A stretch of DNA of 64,000 nucleotides. Origin: Somniosus microcephalus (Eukaryota). The position numbers and the translations under genes are program-made. Below the pieces are notes generated by a model, which saw only the letters and a program-made list of their open reading frames with translations, was not told the DNA's origin and searched no databases. The stretch's first letter is position 1; each line of letters begins with the position of its first letter. This document shows positions 22,350 to 37,679 of the stretch, piece after piece. The DNA lies in assembly GCA_052327205.1 (NCBI GenBank), contig CM126224.1, positions 28,706,001 to 28,770,000 on the forward strand. Reading direction: 5' to 3'.

Positions 22350-25300
22350 ATGACATTAAATCAACTGTTGTTAATTAATACAATGGCGAATACATGTGCG
22401 GATTCAGAGGTGGACAATAATGTTCAGCCTGAGGCAGGATAAGTCACAGTAGATATATGGTATTCTGTTGTAATATAGCAAAATAAAATGTTATTGGAGT
22501 TTTGTTCAAGAAACTAGATAAAAAGAAACTATATAAAAACCAACAGTGTGCTAAAACACACAAGAAATGACAGGAATCGGGAACAAATCCAACCATAATG
22601 GAAGAACCCAAGTTAGAAGAGTTCAGAAATATTTGTGTCAATGAAAAATGTAAAGAATGTCATATTTCTGATGACACAAGATAAGTACACGACAAGAATT
22701 GTGTTCCTGGGTTAATATTGTGGTAACCTATGAGCTGCCTTGCCTGAGGACAGTGCTTACTGGATATGATCTAGTGTACTACAAGTGTAGTCTGTGGGCC
22801 CATTTTGCTGTGTATGAATAGTAGAAAAGAGAAGCACATCAACTCGAACAAGCGCTGTTCAGATGGAAGCGCTGAATCTTCTTGGATTGTGTGGAAAAAA
22901 ATTTACAGGGTGAGTTTGACTGACATTTGTGAACAAATTACTTTGACATATTGCTTATTCAGTTTGAATTTGCCTGTACACCATAAAATGAGGTTTTCAG
23001 AAGTTGCGGAAAACATTGAATATTTCAAACATAACAAGAAAAGGGTTTGCGTTCTTAGTTGCAGCCATCGGCTATATTTTCCCTTTTAAAGAAAATAGCC
23101 ATGACTTGTTCAGAACTAATGCATTTCATTTGATATTCAAATGTATTTTTTAGCTACAATATTTAACCAGAACAAACTCCAATTACAATAGATGGATCAC
23201 CAACTTCCCAAACACAAGGGATTGGAATTTCTGAAACTACCATTATTATGGTGCAGAAATTCCAGGAAATGATGGCGTGTGTGACTTATGCCATTACGTA
23301 ACGCCATGCCATAATTTGCTGGGCCTTTGTGATGCTCCACAGAGACCCTCCTCAAAAAAAGTTGAACTGCTAATTGTCATAGTTCTGCCCCCATTAAAAT
23401 CAACAGCGAGATTGAGTTTGCTGAATTAATGCCACTGTGACCACCACAGCCACTTAGACCATTGCAGATTGGTGCTGGTGGGCTCAGTATGTTTGTTGCG
23501 AAAACAGGAATTGTAGTTTAAATTTGAAAAAATTGTGTTGCCCTCATTAGGTGTTTATTTTATTATTCAGTGGTGCCGTTCTGACTGTGTCTACGGTCAC
23601 TGGTGCAAAGTGCAAAGCAACAAAAATTACATATATATGACGAGAGTGGGTTGCCGATTCCTAGTTTTAAACTACCACCCGAATGTGACTCTATGTAATT
23701 CGGATCGTTAATCCTTTTGCGTTGAGAATGTGGTCGTTAGTGATCACAATGTGCCCATTTACACCTTATTAAAATCCAAGTAGTAAATCAGAAATGGCAC
23801 TGGGATTACAGACTGCTTGAGCAACTGAAGACTAAAAGCCTCTGCTTTCCGTGCTGTTTGTACAGCCTCAATAGGAATGGGCGAGGATCACTGTTCCATC
23901 TAATGAACTAACCAGACAGATATAAAAACAGTCTTTAAGGCGAATTAGCTCTTTCTAATTTGAATTTGTGCTTGTTTCTGCCCATCAGTTCAACCTTCAA
24001 ACATCTATTTTAAACATTTCCGAGCCTGAGTAACATCTCATTTTACTTTGGCCATTGGCCGCACTGCTCCTGAACTCCCGTTATGCTTCCTGTGATGTAT
24101 CCTAATTATTTTTCCAGCAAGTTGTGGCTTAAATCCGCCGCTGGAGGATTGGGGAGCATATCTGTCTAACTTACGGCTTTCGCCCCCAATATGGCCATTG
24201 CACCGAGTTCCAGGTTGGAGTCCCAGGACTGTCACTCAAGTGCACACACCTCAATTCAACAATTTTGTCAGTTCCTGGCAGGGCTAACAGTTCAAGCACA
24301 ATGTAAAATGATGAGATGGAGAGAAGAAAGGCTATTAATAGAGTATCGTGCAACATTGTTCTCGCTGGCCAATCACAGTGTGTATTTGGCAGTGGCTCTG
24401 GAAAAGCGCATGGCCCAGACTTGTTTCCCCTCCAGGATGTGTGATGTGACAGGGCCTTAAAGGGTGGAAATCCGAGTCCTCAAATGTAAACATGAAGGGA
24501 ATCCCATTTATGTAAAATGTATCTAATTATATAGCCAGTGGCATGACAACAAATCAATTTAAAAAAATGTTTTCAAATAGTAATTAGTATCTTGTTTTTG
24601 GTTGGAGGATCTTCCAAGGTCTGTTGCAGCATTGTGGCATCACCCCAGTAGATATGACAATTGTAGAAAGGAACTGTCTTTCAAAAAATGAATTTGATAC
24701 ATTTTATTTAATATTACATATGCAATGAGTTTAAAAAGGAATTGTCCAGTCTTGCGTGCACTGTAGACTAGCATCTTCTAGCTGTTTTCAGGTAAAAGTA
24801 CAAATTTTAACTTAATTTTTTTCTTACTGGATTAATTGAAAAAGATATAACTTATAGAGTGTCTTAAGTATATTCCTTTAATTCTAGATATTGTTTTTTC
24901 ATATTACTTATGTTGGTGCTTTTTAGAATAATGATTGGGTTAACAAGTACAAGTTTTGAGGAGTGATTTATGACTAGCACACAACCGCGTGTCTTTTTTT
25001 ATAAAGGCTTCACTCGTAAAATGTCACTTTGAGTTTGGAATTTCTTTTTGAAGGATTAAAATGCGCCATTTTTCTTGAAATGTTTAGCACCCAAAATGTA
25101 TGGCACAGTAGCAGCCAGGAAGTACCAGTCGTTGTTTACAATGGACTCTTGGATTCACACTCTTTCTGTAGAAGCACTCAAGCAGTAAGCACTCCACAGT
25201 CTGTTTGGCACAGTAGCAGCTCTCAGCCGGCCCCTGCCCTCCTGCTGTTAGATGGGGCAAAGGATGTGCCAGAACCCAGGTCGTAACAGAACGAGACCTG

Positions 25301-27383
25301 CCTGCAAATCTGCTTGTAGTTAGCATGGGGCCTTTTGGCACTGTGCTGTAGCAGATTGATTTAGTTGCAATCCTTTTTGTTTAATATTTTCCATCTGGCA
25401 ACAATGCCCAATAAAGGCAGACGCAGAGCAGGGTTTGACATATAGTGAATCTGGAAGTTAAATGCTTCAAAATCGTTGATCTGAAAAACCCTTTCAGATT
25501 AATAGTAGACTGTAGTTTTCAATTTTTTGTACGAACAATTATAATTAATACAATCAGTTCCTTGCTAGACACTTTATTTTGAAATTGGAAAAACTTTGTG
25601 GGAGTATGTTCTCAAATTTGTATGCAGTTTGAAAGCATGTTGGTCCTTCAGAAATTGTTAGACTTTACTCAGTTATATTAAGTTTAATAAAAAAATATAT
25701 ATTTTTAGGAATTATGTTAATTAGCATACTTTTCCCAAGGTAGTATTTCTAACAACTTCTTCTGTTTCGGCCCTTCCATGGTGTTGCACTGTTCTGTAAT
25801 CGAGAGGGCCTGATGTCATGCAGCTTGCAGTCTACCAGTATTAGCATTTAGAAGGTACACAGCAAATTGAATAGGCCTCTTGATTCTCTCCTCCGAGAAA
25901 TCGCTCTCTCAGATGGAAAAGTTGAGATTGGGAGTGACGCCAGTGAAGAATCATGTGGGACTGAACTTGTATTCTACCACTTGGTGGCGCAGCCTGTTAG
26001 TATACCAATCCACTGCACTCCCAGCTCCTGATCCATTCTTGGGGGCAAAATAAGTAGCACTAGTTTATAATTGGCTGTCCTATACTTGGAGGGTGTAAGA
26101 ATTGCCATCCAATGCAGACTTAACAGCAAACTTGTATGTATTTTCATATTTAACTTGCAATCAATAATATAGGTTACTGTGCATTTATCAGTATCTCGCT
26201 AGTTGAATTTGTTTGGAAGACTACTGGAAGACTTGTAATGTTTTTCTTATGAAAGTTTTACGAATCTACCAATAGACTGTTGGAATAATTCTCTCCAATC
26301 TAAAGGCATTTTTTTAAATTAAAAAAGTGTATGAACTTTGGATGTGAACAACTAGTATTTGTGGTTGTCATGGAAGAATGGCGGAAGGATGTCAGTGCTG
26401 TTATTGGCTGCATACTGTTCTTGTGATTTGTTTTTAAAGCTTGAATACATGTGCCCGTCTGGTAGTCACGATTTTTCGTCACACTTTTCCATCAGCATTG
26501 ACTATTGTAAGTTGCTCGGTCAATATTACGTTTTGCTATATCATCTGCTAGGATGTAGTTGCAGGCTGTGGCCACAGGTGGCTCTGTGGAGTGAATAACT
26601 AATCTTTACTCCAACTTCATTGCCATCTTGTTTTATTAAAAAAACATTCAACTGACTGGATATTGCCGCAGGCAGCAACTTGTGTGTATGTCAAAAAATT
26701 TTTTTTTTTATACACCTTTATTTATACTTCCTACAGTGATTTTTGGATTAAGTAAATAGGTACATTTCAAATGTGAAAATATCAGTTTTGGTACCACATG
26801 TTGCACACCTTGCCAAGCTGCATATTGTTAATTGGACTAATGATGCGTGAACAAAGGAGAGCCAATCCCAATACTTGTGCTGAAACGCTATTTCTATGGG
26901 AACCAGCAACTATAGTGCTATTTAACAAATTGTTCAATTAAATATAATCTTTCAAAAGTTAGCACTAAAAATTCCCTTAATTAAAAATATATTCCCTTCC
27001 ACAATTTGATTTTTGCATGCATCTTTAGCTTGGGTGAGAAGATGGACAGGTTATCTACTCTCAACACACTTCTAATGCTCTCTTGGTTCACCAACCAAGA
27101 GACAAACAGCAGCAGCTTGGAGTGAATTGCAGCTCTGATATTCCCATCTCTTCTTGGGTAGGTATCTCGATTCTGCTCCAGACGGCAAGGCTGACAGCAG
27201 GCAATTCTTGTGTGAAGAATTGTGGGGAGAGGTCTGCATCATGTTACTCCATATTGTACCAAAACTATTCTAAAACTTCCAAATTTTAAATAATGCACCA
27301 TTAGTGGCACATTTAGGTTTATTTCACTTGTGGAAAAAGTATATTATAATTCTTATAATTGTACTTTTACTCATTCGCATACT

Positions 27384-28900
27384 AAAGAAACTAAGGAAGA
27401 GGTAGCACTAATGTGTGTATAAGCATTCAATAGAAAAGGGAATCGTGCCAGAGGATTGGCAGACAGCTAATGTTATTCCTATATTCAAAAACAGAGAGAG
27501 AACAAATCCAGGGAACTATAGACCAGTTGACTTAACGTCCGTGGTAGGAAAGATTTGGAATCTTTACTCAAAGATGTAATAGAAAAACTATTAGAAACCG
27601 AAAATATAATAGAGAATAGTCAGCACGGATTTCAAAAGGGAAGGTCATGCTTGAGCAACCTTATTAAATTTTTTGAAGAAGAAACAAAGAGTAGACAAGG
27701 GTAATGCAGTGGCTGTACTATACAGAGACTTTCAAAAGGCCTTCGATAAGGTACCGCTTAGTAGACTCGACTAAGATCAGAGCATGTGGAGTCGGGACAA
27801 GTAGCAGAATGGATAGCAAGCTGGCTACAAAACAGAAAAGAGAGTAGGTGTTAAAGGTAGTTACTCAGACTGGTGGAAGGTGGGAAGTGGTGTTCCACAG
27901 GGATCGGTGCTGGGACCACTGTTCACTATTTACAGAAATGATTTGGACTTGGGAATTGGAAGTACAATATCAAAATTTGCAGTTGACACCAAATTGGGGA
28001 GTATAGTTAATACTGAGGAAGACTGTGACAAAATGCAAGAAGACATCAACAAACTTGCAGAATGAGCGTGGAAATGGCAAATTAATTTCAGTACAATTAA
28101 GTGCGAAGTGGTACATTTTGGTAGGAGGGATAAGGAGGCCACCCACTCCTTGGAAAATAAGAATTTAAATGGGGTAGAGGAGCAAAGGGACCTAGGGGTA
28201 CAGATTCACAAATCATTAAAAGTAGCAATGCAGGTTAACAAAGCCATAAAAAATGTAGACAAAACACGGGTTCATTTCTAGAGGAATAGAATTCAAAAGC
28301 AGAGAAGTTATGTTAGACTTATGTAGAACCTTGGTTAGACCACACAGAGACTCGTGCTCAGTTCTGGTCTCCATATTACAAAAAGGATACAGTAGCACTG
28401 GAGAAGGTGGAAAAAAGATTTACAAGAATTATACCAGAACAGAGAGGTTATAACTATCAGAAAAGACTGAATAGACTGGGGCTTTCTTCCTCTGGAAAAG
28501 AGAAGGCTGCAAGGTGACCTGATAGAGGTCTTTAAAATTATGAAAGGGTTTGTTCGGGTGGATGTTGAGGAGACGTTTCCATTTGTGGGGGAGTCAAAAC
28601 TAGGGGCCATAAATATAAGATAGTCGCTAATAAATCTAAAAGCAATTCAGGAGACATTTCTTTACTCAGAGTGGTTAGAATGTAGAACTTGCTATCACAT
28701 GGAGTAGTTGAGGCGAGTAGCACAGATGCATTTAAGGGGAAGATAAATAACTACAAGAGGGAGAAAGGAATAGAAAGATTTGTTGATAGGGTGAGATGAA
28801 GTAAGGTGCGATGAGGCTCGGGTTGTACATAAACACCGGCATAGGCCAGCTGGGCTGAATGGTCTGTTTCTGTGCTGTAAATACTATGTAATATGTAACG
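27384..28900 (+). mobile_element. 5'-truncated, decayed CR1 LINE (RT remnant and 3' tail)
   Basis: NYRPV-LTSVVGK, QHGFQKGRSC, SGVPQGSVLGP, KFAVDTKLG motifs with frameshifts; CR1 3' stem-loop and tail. Confidence 0.92.
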
Positions 28901-29088
28901 TTATGTAATATCAGATAGTATAAAATAAGGATTAAGAGACTTTTAAAAAGCTGATCTTTGTACAAATGCAATTTAGAAATTATGTTTATGAAATATTTGG
29001 TATTGTTTTCATAACTGAGCAATAATTTTTGATTTAGTTTAATTATTTAATTTAGTGGTACATTAATAACATAGATTACATCATAAAT

Positions 29089-29339
29089 TGGAGAAAATGA
29101 GGAAAAACCTTTTTACACAGCGTGTGGTTAGAATCCTGAATGCACTGCCTGAAGGAGGCAGACTCAATCGTGGGTTTCAAAAGGGAATTGGATAAGTGCC
29201 TGAAGGAAAAAAAATCTGCAGGGCTACGGGGAAAGGGCGGGGGAGTGGGACTGACTGAAGTGCTCTCTTGCAGAGAGCTGGCACAGACTCGATGGGCCGA
29301 ATGGCCACCTCCTGTGCTGTAACCATTCTATGATTCTAT
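29089..29339 (+). mobile_element. CR1 LINE 3' end
   Basis: FTQRVVR remnant, GGGCCGAATGGCC stem-loop, ATTCTATG tail. Confidence 0.85.
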
Positions 29340-32300
29340 AATCAGACACAAAAAACAGTGTAGGAATTATGTTTAAAGTCAAAACCCGCATGGCTAAGAG
29401 TTCCTATATAGTTCAATCACACGTACTAAACAAGAGATGGTCACACTTATTTAAAATAGAACAGTAGAATTTTTTTTTAGCAAGATATTTTCTTGGCCTA
29501 ACAATGGTGTTCATTTGATCAGTTTTTTTCTCCAATTTCTGATGTAATATTAATACCATTTGAAGGTACACCATAAGTAGAAAATTTTAAGTTACGTCTG
29601 AAATTGCCCAAAATACTTCCCAGCTGCAATATATTTGAGTTAGAGGTTGTAGGTGACCACAAAGAGTCCCACTGTGGTCGACAGCAGAGCTGTTCTCTGT
29701 CTGGCTCTGCTTTCAGACTCAATTTATAACTTCCCAATTAAGCTTTCTGTAAACTTTGACAAGAGGGACTCAAAAGCTGTGTTTGCTTCAAGGGCTTCCT
29801 TTGTACGCCTTTAACCAGTATGATTCGGAACTAGCAGCGGAAGAGTATCTGTAACTTTTGCTGCCATCACTTCATAGATTTTCTTAACCCTTTCAGATCT
29901 ACGGTATATTACACATCTGGTTAGTGTCATGTCAGAAGTTTTAAATACTACTGACAAACCAATGAATCCCTTGGGTGACATGTATATTTTATTACACAGT
30001 TTATTAATAATGTTGCAGAAGTTCACAAATTCCGTGCCTAGCTGTCATATTGTTTGTTCCATCTATATGCACGATGAACCAAATTCAGAATCAATTTAAT
30101 GTTAATATATTTATTAAAACATCTATCTGAAGATGTCCTTTTTCTTAAATGGATGGGTGAATGTTTGCAAAAGGCCGTTGATGACTTGCTAATTCACCAG
30201 TGCATTATGTTCAGATGATTGGTGTGAAATTTTAATAATGAATTCTGTCAATTGTAAGAAAATTCCACAAAAAGTGGATTGAGAACATTTTATGAACCCA
30301 CATTTTGAGTACAAAGTTGTGTTTTTCCCTCATAACATTTATGCATAATCATTTAACATTTTTTAATAATTGCGGTATTTTTGTACAGAAGCTAAGACTG
30401 TAGGTAGAAATCTGTTTCTTATGCAGTGAGGACAATAAAGTCCGCAGCACATAGAAACATCAGAGAGCAGCAGACTTTTAAATACAGTAAAGTCATTCAT
30501 GAAAAGCCAATTAAAAATGTTGCTGACACATTTATGTTCTGGCTACACCATTAGTTTTACTGTGCCATTTAGAAGAGTAGGAAATCTTAGCAGTAAGCCG
30601 GTCTTTTATTTTTCACTAATGTTATATAATTATGGTTCATGTGTTTTTATAACATAAAGCCCAGTTTATTTTACATCTTAATTTAGAATCCAAATCAATA
30701 GTCTTATTGTAGGGTTAGTAACCTGCAACTAGTATTTTCACAGTTTAGTATGTTGTGATGGAAAGCATTTAAGTTGCAGTGTTAAATTTGTGCAAAGTAT
30801 ACAAAAAAGGACAGCAATCTGTTTTCATAGATTAATATTTACAGCACATCCTATTTACACGGATTTAACTCTTATTACTAAATTTCTATTTCAGTATTTC
30901 TGAAAACAAAAATAAGGGACAGAGATGCAGGAAAGGAATTGATTGTTTAAATGTTCTCCCAATTGTGTAAAGAAAAAAAAAAGTCGTCTTCCCGCTCAGG
31001 TTCGTCTGTATTCTAAAAAAGCTGTGTATATGTTTTTCTTTCTCTCTCTCTGTGCTAAGCAAGAAGTACTTTGTTTATTTGGTGCCTCATCACCTCATTG
31101 AAATGTCTCAAAGAAAAGCACGAAGTGAATTACTTTTTCTGGAGTGCAGTGACTGTTGTCATGTAGACAACCTTTTGATCAAATAGCTAATTTTAATGGA
31201 CAAGGAATCCATGTAGCTGCCAGTGCCCATGATTAACATCCCTATCCACTCCAGAAATAAAAGTTCAATTCTCATTATTTTAAATTCGCTAAAGTCACTC
31301 TTTAATTTTAAAAACATATAATGGTTATGTAGAATTGTCATTGGAGTTATTTTTTCTTGTAAAAGGTAGGATAATTAGTGTCTTGTTTATAAACAGTGAA
31401 TAACCAGATAGTCACAGGAGAGCTAATGGGCACAGTGCACTGTGGTCCCTGTACAGAAGAGCTGATATGCTAGTATGCTGAAGGCACGAAAAGCAAACCT
31501 ACGTGGCAAAAAGCAACCAGGCATATGATGGTGTCTTAGCCTTACATTTGACTGTTTATGACCTATATCGCTGTAAAATTGTCACCTCAGATTTTGAAAG
31601 GAACATTTTGTCCTGTTAAGTGACAAGTGCACTCATCACAGTTAAAGTCAAAACATACAAAATATTGTGACACATCACATTTTGACCTTTTCTCCTTTTC
31701 ACTTCGCTGTATTTATTGGTACTTTTATGCCTAATCTTGCTTTCTGAACTTCTGAACTTGAAATCATTGCCGAGGTCTTTATTGCTTTGATTCTTTTAAT
31801 GTCCGTAGCATTAGTCCTCTTTCTGTGCAGTGCTCTGGGCTATTTCAGCACAGAACACTTCTCTTCCTTTATTTAACCTCTGACCTAAGAAAAATATGAG
31901 TTAATCAAAAGTTCTAAAGGGAGCTAAGAGGAAGGGGAAGTGTTTGGTTACAAATTAAATATATGTGTGTCATTGGTCATAAATTCAGGGTAGTGCTACC
32001 AGTTGTGCTACTTAAGCTGCATGTGGTGAAGGCTGTTTTGGTTATAAATTTGAAACCCAGAATATGTTCTCTGAGCTTCCTATAGTTAAGTGTTGGTTGC
32101 ACCATGTTGTCTGCACAAGTGTTTCCCTAAGTAAATTTAGAACGATGTAACCAGGTTTGGCAGTCTCAAGTTACAAAGGATTTCAATTGGAAGAAAATTC
32201 TGGACTTTAGTGGAGTGAAATGTGATTTAGTTGATATTAAATAGTTACTCCCTTCATACCATTATGTTTATTTTAAAAATAATGGTCCACTTTGAATCCT

Positions 32301-33063
32301 GCTTGACTCCAAATGAATGTAAAAATCTGATACAGCAATGAACCTGAGACCCAATAACCAGATAAAGGTTCAGTATTTGTGGATTGTTGCTAGCCTGGTT
32401 GTGCTCGCAGCAAAGCAAAGCCATGAGATTTTTTGAGGCACTTAAAATGCATGTTGCCCACTCTGCAAAGTCAAACAATGAGGCAGATGAAGTGGCTGGA
32501 ATGTAGGAATCGGTGATTCGACATGAGGAAGTTTGATCGAGTTTGCTGCCAAGTTATGCTGATATACAATTGCATTTCCATCAGCATCAACTCAAGCTGT
32601 TGAAGCAGGTTTTGTTTAAATTCCCATTGATTTGGCACAAACGGCATGCTCAGAGTATATTGCATTTCAAGGTGCTGATTTCAGATTCACTATGACCAAT
32701 AGTATTCAATATAATGATTACATGTTATTCCAGAATGGAGATCAAATGCAGCCCAGGTTGGGCTAAGGATGTGCAATTCTAACCATAACTTCCCAAAAAA
32801 ATAGCCTTTGGGAGGAATGAAGATATATATTTTTTTAATTAGCATAATACATGTATCTTAAGATTCTTTCAACTGTCGATAGTAACCCACTGTCTCTAAG
32901 TAATAAATTGTATCTCTAGAGCGCCTTGGGCATTTTTCTACGTAAAGGCGCTATATAAATGCAAGTTGTTGTTGTTTTGCACTCTTCATATACAGGAAGA
33001 CATCTCAAAGTGCATTAAGCAGTGGATGCCAAGCGGTAGACAAAAGGGAAGAACGGAGGTATC

Positions 33064-33826
33064 AGCCCGGAATTTGCGGTTGTTATGACGGCGAAACTGT
33101 CAGTGTTTGCTGTCATTACAACTGTGAAACTGACGGCAACTTCTGGCGTCTGCACATGTGCAGTTAAACGTCGAAATCCAGAAGTTGCTGTCAGTCATTT
33201 CCTGCTCCTCCACAGGGCGCGCTCTTGAACTCCCCGCAGCGAGCAATCAATTGAAATCACTGAACTGATGAGAACGTCAGCTTTTATGCTCTAATATCGT
33301 TGTTTTAAAGAAAACCTAAAAAGCTTTGTTCAGTGAGGTGTAATTGGTTTTTTAACGGCGTACTGAGTCAAAACTACTGCTTCACAACCGTTCTGGCCCT
33401 GAAAAGCTAATTTTATGTTTGTGAAATGCTAAATTTTTCCATTATGATAAAAATTACATGGTTTTTAACATAATATTTTTATTCTTTGAAATTTGTTTGA
33501 TATTTTAGCCTCTACCTTAATCCCATGTGTATGTCCCAATCTTTATTTTGCTCTTTGTAAAATGTATTAAAAGTGAAGGATAATCAGTGCATTTTACTTC
33601 CTGGTTTGCTATCTGTAAGAATTCTTCAATGTAATTGGCTGCTTAGCCAGCTTGATGACATCACTGTTGCTGGATGCTGGAGATCCCCTAGACTTGGCGC
33701 CAGATTCAAATTAACGACGGGAGAGGTGAAATCCACGCCACCGAGATCGCTTGATCTTTGTGGGCAGCTTTCTTTGATGTCAGTGGCGAGCGCCATCACT
33801 TTGCTGCTGACTGCAAAATCTGGGCC
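33064..33826. mobile_element. Harbinger-like MITE
   Basis: TIRs AGCCCGGAATTT / AAAATCTGGGCC; internal similarity (reverse) to 8455-9469. Confidence 0.7.
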
Positions 33827-36800
33827 ATTATTTGTTTTCTCCCTAGCAAACATTTGGGAGTGTTGCAAAAATAAAACACTTCTAAGATTTTCTGATTTCC
33901 TTTTTACTGTACCCCTGAGTTGTGTGAGAGAGCTACCTGCACTCTGTTCAGTTATCGGCAAGTGCTCCAGGAAACATTAACTTGGCTGCATCTACTCCCT
34001 GCCTTCCATTTATCAGCTTATGGGGAACAAAAAGATTGTTATAGCCAGTTTCAGAGCAAAAGTTGATTCTTTCCCATTACTTTGATCTCTGTATGCAAAT
34101 AGAAATTGCAACCAGGCAACAGGGTAGAAAAAAGTAGATGCTATCCTTTTAAGAAATGTGCATAATAGGCTGTCAGGTGATCTACTCTGTTTTATTTGAG
34201 GCCCTTGTTCTTGGCATGCCTGTAGTTTGTTTTACTCCCATCAGCAGGAGATTAGCTCTCTCACCTTCCACACCAGAAGATATTCTAACTTTTTTTGCTC
34301 CCAAGCTATTTAAATCCTCCCTTGTGGTCTTTGTACTTGCAGGAAGGAAGTTTTCTTCAAAGTTTTATCAAGTGTTTTAGTTGTAATTTAATCTTTTAAA
34401 GTTCTCGTGTTACTTTCCATTGATGGCTTTTTGTGTGGCAGCCCACACTACTCTACTTTGATCAGAACAGTACGTACTTAAAGTGCCCACCTATCCATGC
34501 CAGCTTCTGGCTTACATCAAGTGCCATGGAGCCATCGCAGTGACTGACTCTTTTTGCTATCTTCTGTCACTGTACAACTGTTCAAGTCATTTAAAGATAT
34601 GCACAAGATTGATGTTTCTTTGCATTCTATAGCATTTTCTTTGCCCACTTTTGTACATATTACGACAGTCTCCGTGCTGACACGAGACCTAATCGCCAAA
34701 CTTGTATCGTCAATACAATATTGGTGTTGGTAGACTGAAACCAAATCGATCATATTTTGTTTTTATAAAATCACTTAAGCACCAAAAGCAGCCAGTCTTC
34801 TGCAGTACTCCTGAATTCTCTGATTTCACCTCCAGTACAGAAGCTTATTTTTATGTTGTGGTTTGATATTTTTAGCCTCACTAAATTGGGTATACTACCT
34901 GATTTACTGTGTTGTAATGAGTTTTGGCTCATTACTCTCTGTTGGCTGTTTGAATTACTTGCTAAAACTGTATTTTCCCAAATGGAACATTTAAAACATT
35001 TTCACATTTTAATAAAAGTGATTTTTAATGAATAAATCTGTGAAATAATTGTGCTTTATAAATGTACTATTGTCACAAAGTATTTTAGAACTGGGAAAGT
35101 AAAACATTCAACTTAAAAATTCACCAAAAACTTGATTAAAATCTAGAATGTTATATTTCTTATTTTCAAGAAAATCATATAAATAAACAAAGCTGAATAT
35201 TATAAAGGAAGTTGACTAAAATTCAGAGCATTTTGTTTAACAGGTATAATATAACCAACAATTCCAACATTGTGTCCCTTAAAGTATATTACAATGTTAG
35301 TTTTAATTTCAAGTAGATTCAGACACTTTTAAAATATTTTTCTATTCTTTACCTCTATAGTTGTCGTTATTTAATGATTAAATCTACACTTTGCAGCAAA
35401 TGAATTTCTTCATACAATTAAACTTATGAGAAATATATATGTAAAAAGTTCATAGGCTTTTTTTTAAATTGAAAGACAACACAAAACTGTAAGGAGTTTC
35501 TGAACAAAATTAGCAATAGCATTTAACATGTATAAGGAGGAAGAAGTTCTAAAGATTATACAGTTATGCGAAAGAGCATTGATGCCAAGATACATAAAAA
35601 CAATCGTGCAATTAAAGGCATCTTAAAACACAAAATTCCTGGGTGGTTTTTAATTCATTTACAAAAATTATAATTAACAATATTCCTGTTGTTTTTTTCT
35701 TTGTGCTGTTCTCCTGTCTGACAGGAATGATGCACGTAATATTAGACGATGGCTAAGCATCTGTTTGATGGTGTTTCCTAGTCTAGGCCCTTGGGAGATT
35801 TAAATTACTGTATAAAAGTTACTGCTGTTGAAAAGCATTTCCGAGGTTATAACTTTTTTGTTTATGTTGACACTTCTGTCTGAATCGATTTTGAAGGAAA
35901 CATATTTAACATCTACACTTCTATTCATTTTCTGTTGCCCATGTATTTACAGAGCAAAGTTTTTTTTTCACCTGATGATTGACCAAGTTAATTTGCAATC
36001 CAGATTTGATGTCCTTGCTGACTGTTGCTTCAGGTCTTAATAGCCTACATGCTTTACTTAATGGACCAATACAGGAAACTCTCCTGGCTGAGTAACAAGA
36101 TAAAGTTCAGCTGTGAAATCTGGCCTCCCAATAGAGGAAGTGGTTGATCTTTAAAGTGACGCGCACACTGAGATTGGTTTATAGACCACTGCATTGGCGT
36201 CGTTTGATACTGGTCAATCAGTGCAGGCACTGCAGTAAACTACACACACGAGACCAAAATGACCAGAAAAAAAGGATGCCACTACTGGAAAAGAACCAGC
36301 TGATTCACAACTGAAAAAGTCTTTCAGTTTAACATTTTGCTGCCTTTGCATGACAAATGAAATTGTTGAGCCCTTTGTCCTGTAAAGTCAAATACCCAGT
36401 AAATATTTATGTTGTCAATCTTGTTTTATAAAATATACATATGATTAAAGAGTAGGGTACTGCAGAATGCTTCATAAGAATGACCTTACATTTGTTATGA
36501 GTTGTATTTTTCATATTTCACATTGCCTTGAAAGATGATAATTTTGTGACTCAAAGGAATTTACAGGGATGCCATTTTTACTACAGTAATCAGGCAAAGC
36601 TGTAAATGGATTGAATTAAATATTTAGAATAAGTCTTCAAGATAATACTTTTATCATTGAATAAACAGAACTCTTTAGTTTTAATTTTAAAATGAGTTTG
36701 TTGTGTAGCATTTAACTTGAGATAAAATCCAGTGCATTTTGTTCCATTGAAAGGAAAAGTAAATTGAGAGCAAAATAAGACAATATTTAGCATTCACCAA

Positions 36801-36925
36801 AACTCTTTGGTAAAACCAGATATCATTATTGTTTGTATAATGTAGGTTTTCTGCAGCGTTTTCAGTTAATAAAAATCTTACATTAATTTTCCAAAAATCC
36901 AAATTTGCACCCAGTATGACATATT

Positions 36926-37679
36926 GGCCCCGAAATTAGGATCGGGGGCTTGCCGCGCGTGCAAGCCCCCGATGTGCACTTACCCAGCGCACCGACAGCT
37001 GAAGCCTGGGACTGCTTGGAATTCCTGTCACTGGCCCGGTTCAGCTGTCGGCGCGCTGTGCTTGCCTGATCCAGCGGCGTAGTTAGTGCGATGTGCCGGC
37101 TGGGATCAGGTGAGCACTGGGCAGCCAATCAGGGGAGGGGAAACTTCATTCATGAGTTTGATAGTAAGAATTGTTACTCATGAAAACTACGGGTGCCCAA
37201 AACTCTACTTAAACTTTAAATAAAATTTTAAAAAACATCCCACTAATTAAATGAACTATAAATAACTTTAAAAAACTATTTTAAACAATTAATCAAATTT
37301 TTGAAAAAAATAATTTTTTAAGAAATCAGGTCTAAAAATAAACTTACCTTGCTGTAAAGTCCTTAAAAACAATAAAGCTGTGGAAAAAATGTTATAATTT
37401 TAAATAATAGACCACTTACCTTAAAGAATCAAGTCCTTACGTCTCCTTTTTACATTTCTAAAAAGTTCAGGCCCTTACACACGGGCAAACCTGTCAAAAA
37501 GAAGGAAGTTCAACGCGTGCGCGCAGAGTCCTGCGCGCACGCATTGGACCTGTGAACCCCTTGGAGGAAATGCCGGTTTCCCGCGCATGCGCTGTGCATG
37601 CTGAAATCCGGCACTTCCAACGGGCCCACGCATGAGTACCCCGTCCGTACTCACGTGTTGGGACCAGAATTACTGGCCC
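36926..37679. mobile_element. Harbinger-like MITE (CpG-rich arms, AT-rich core)
   Basis: TIRs GGCCCCGAAATT / AATTACTGGCCC; reverse-complement homologue of 42741-43516. Confidence 0.8.
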
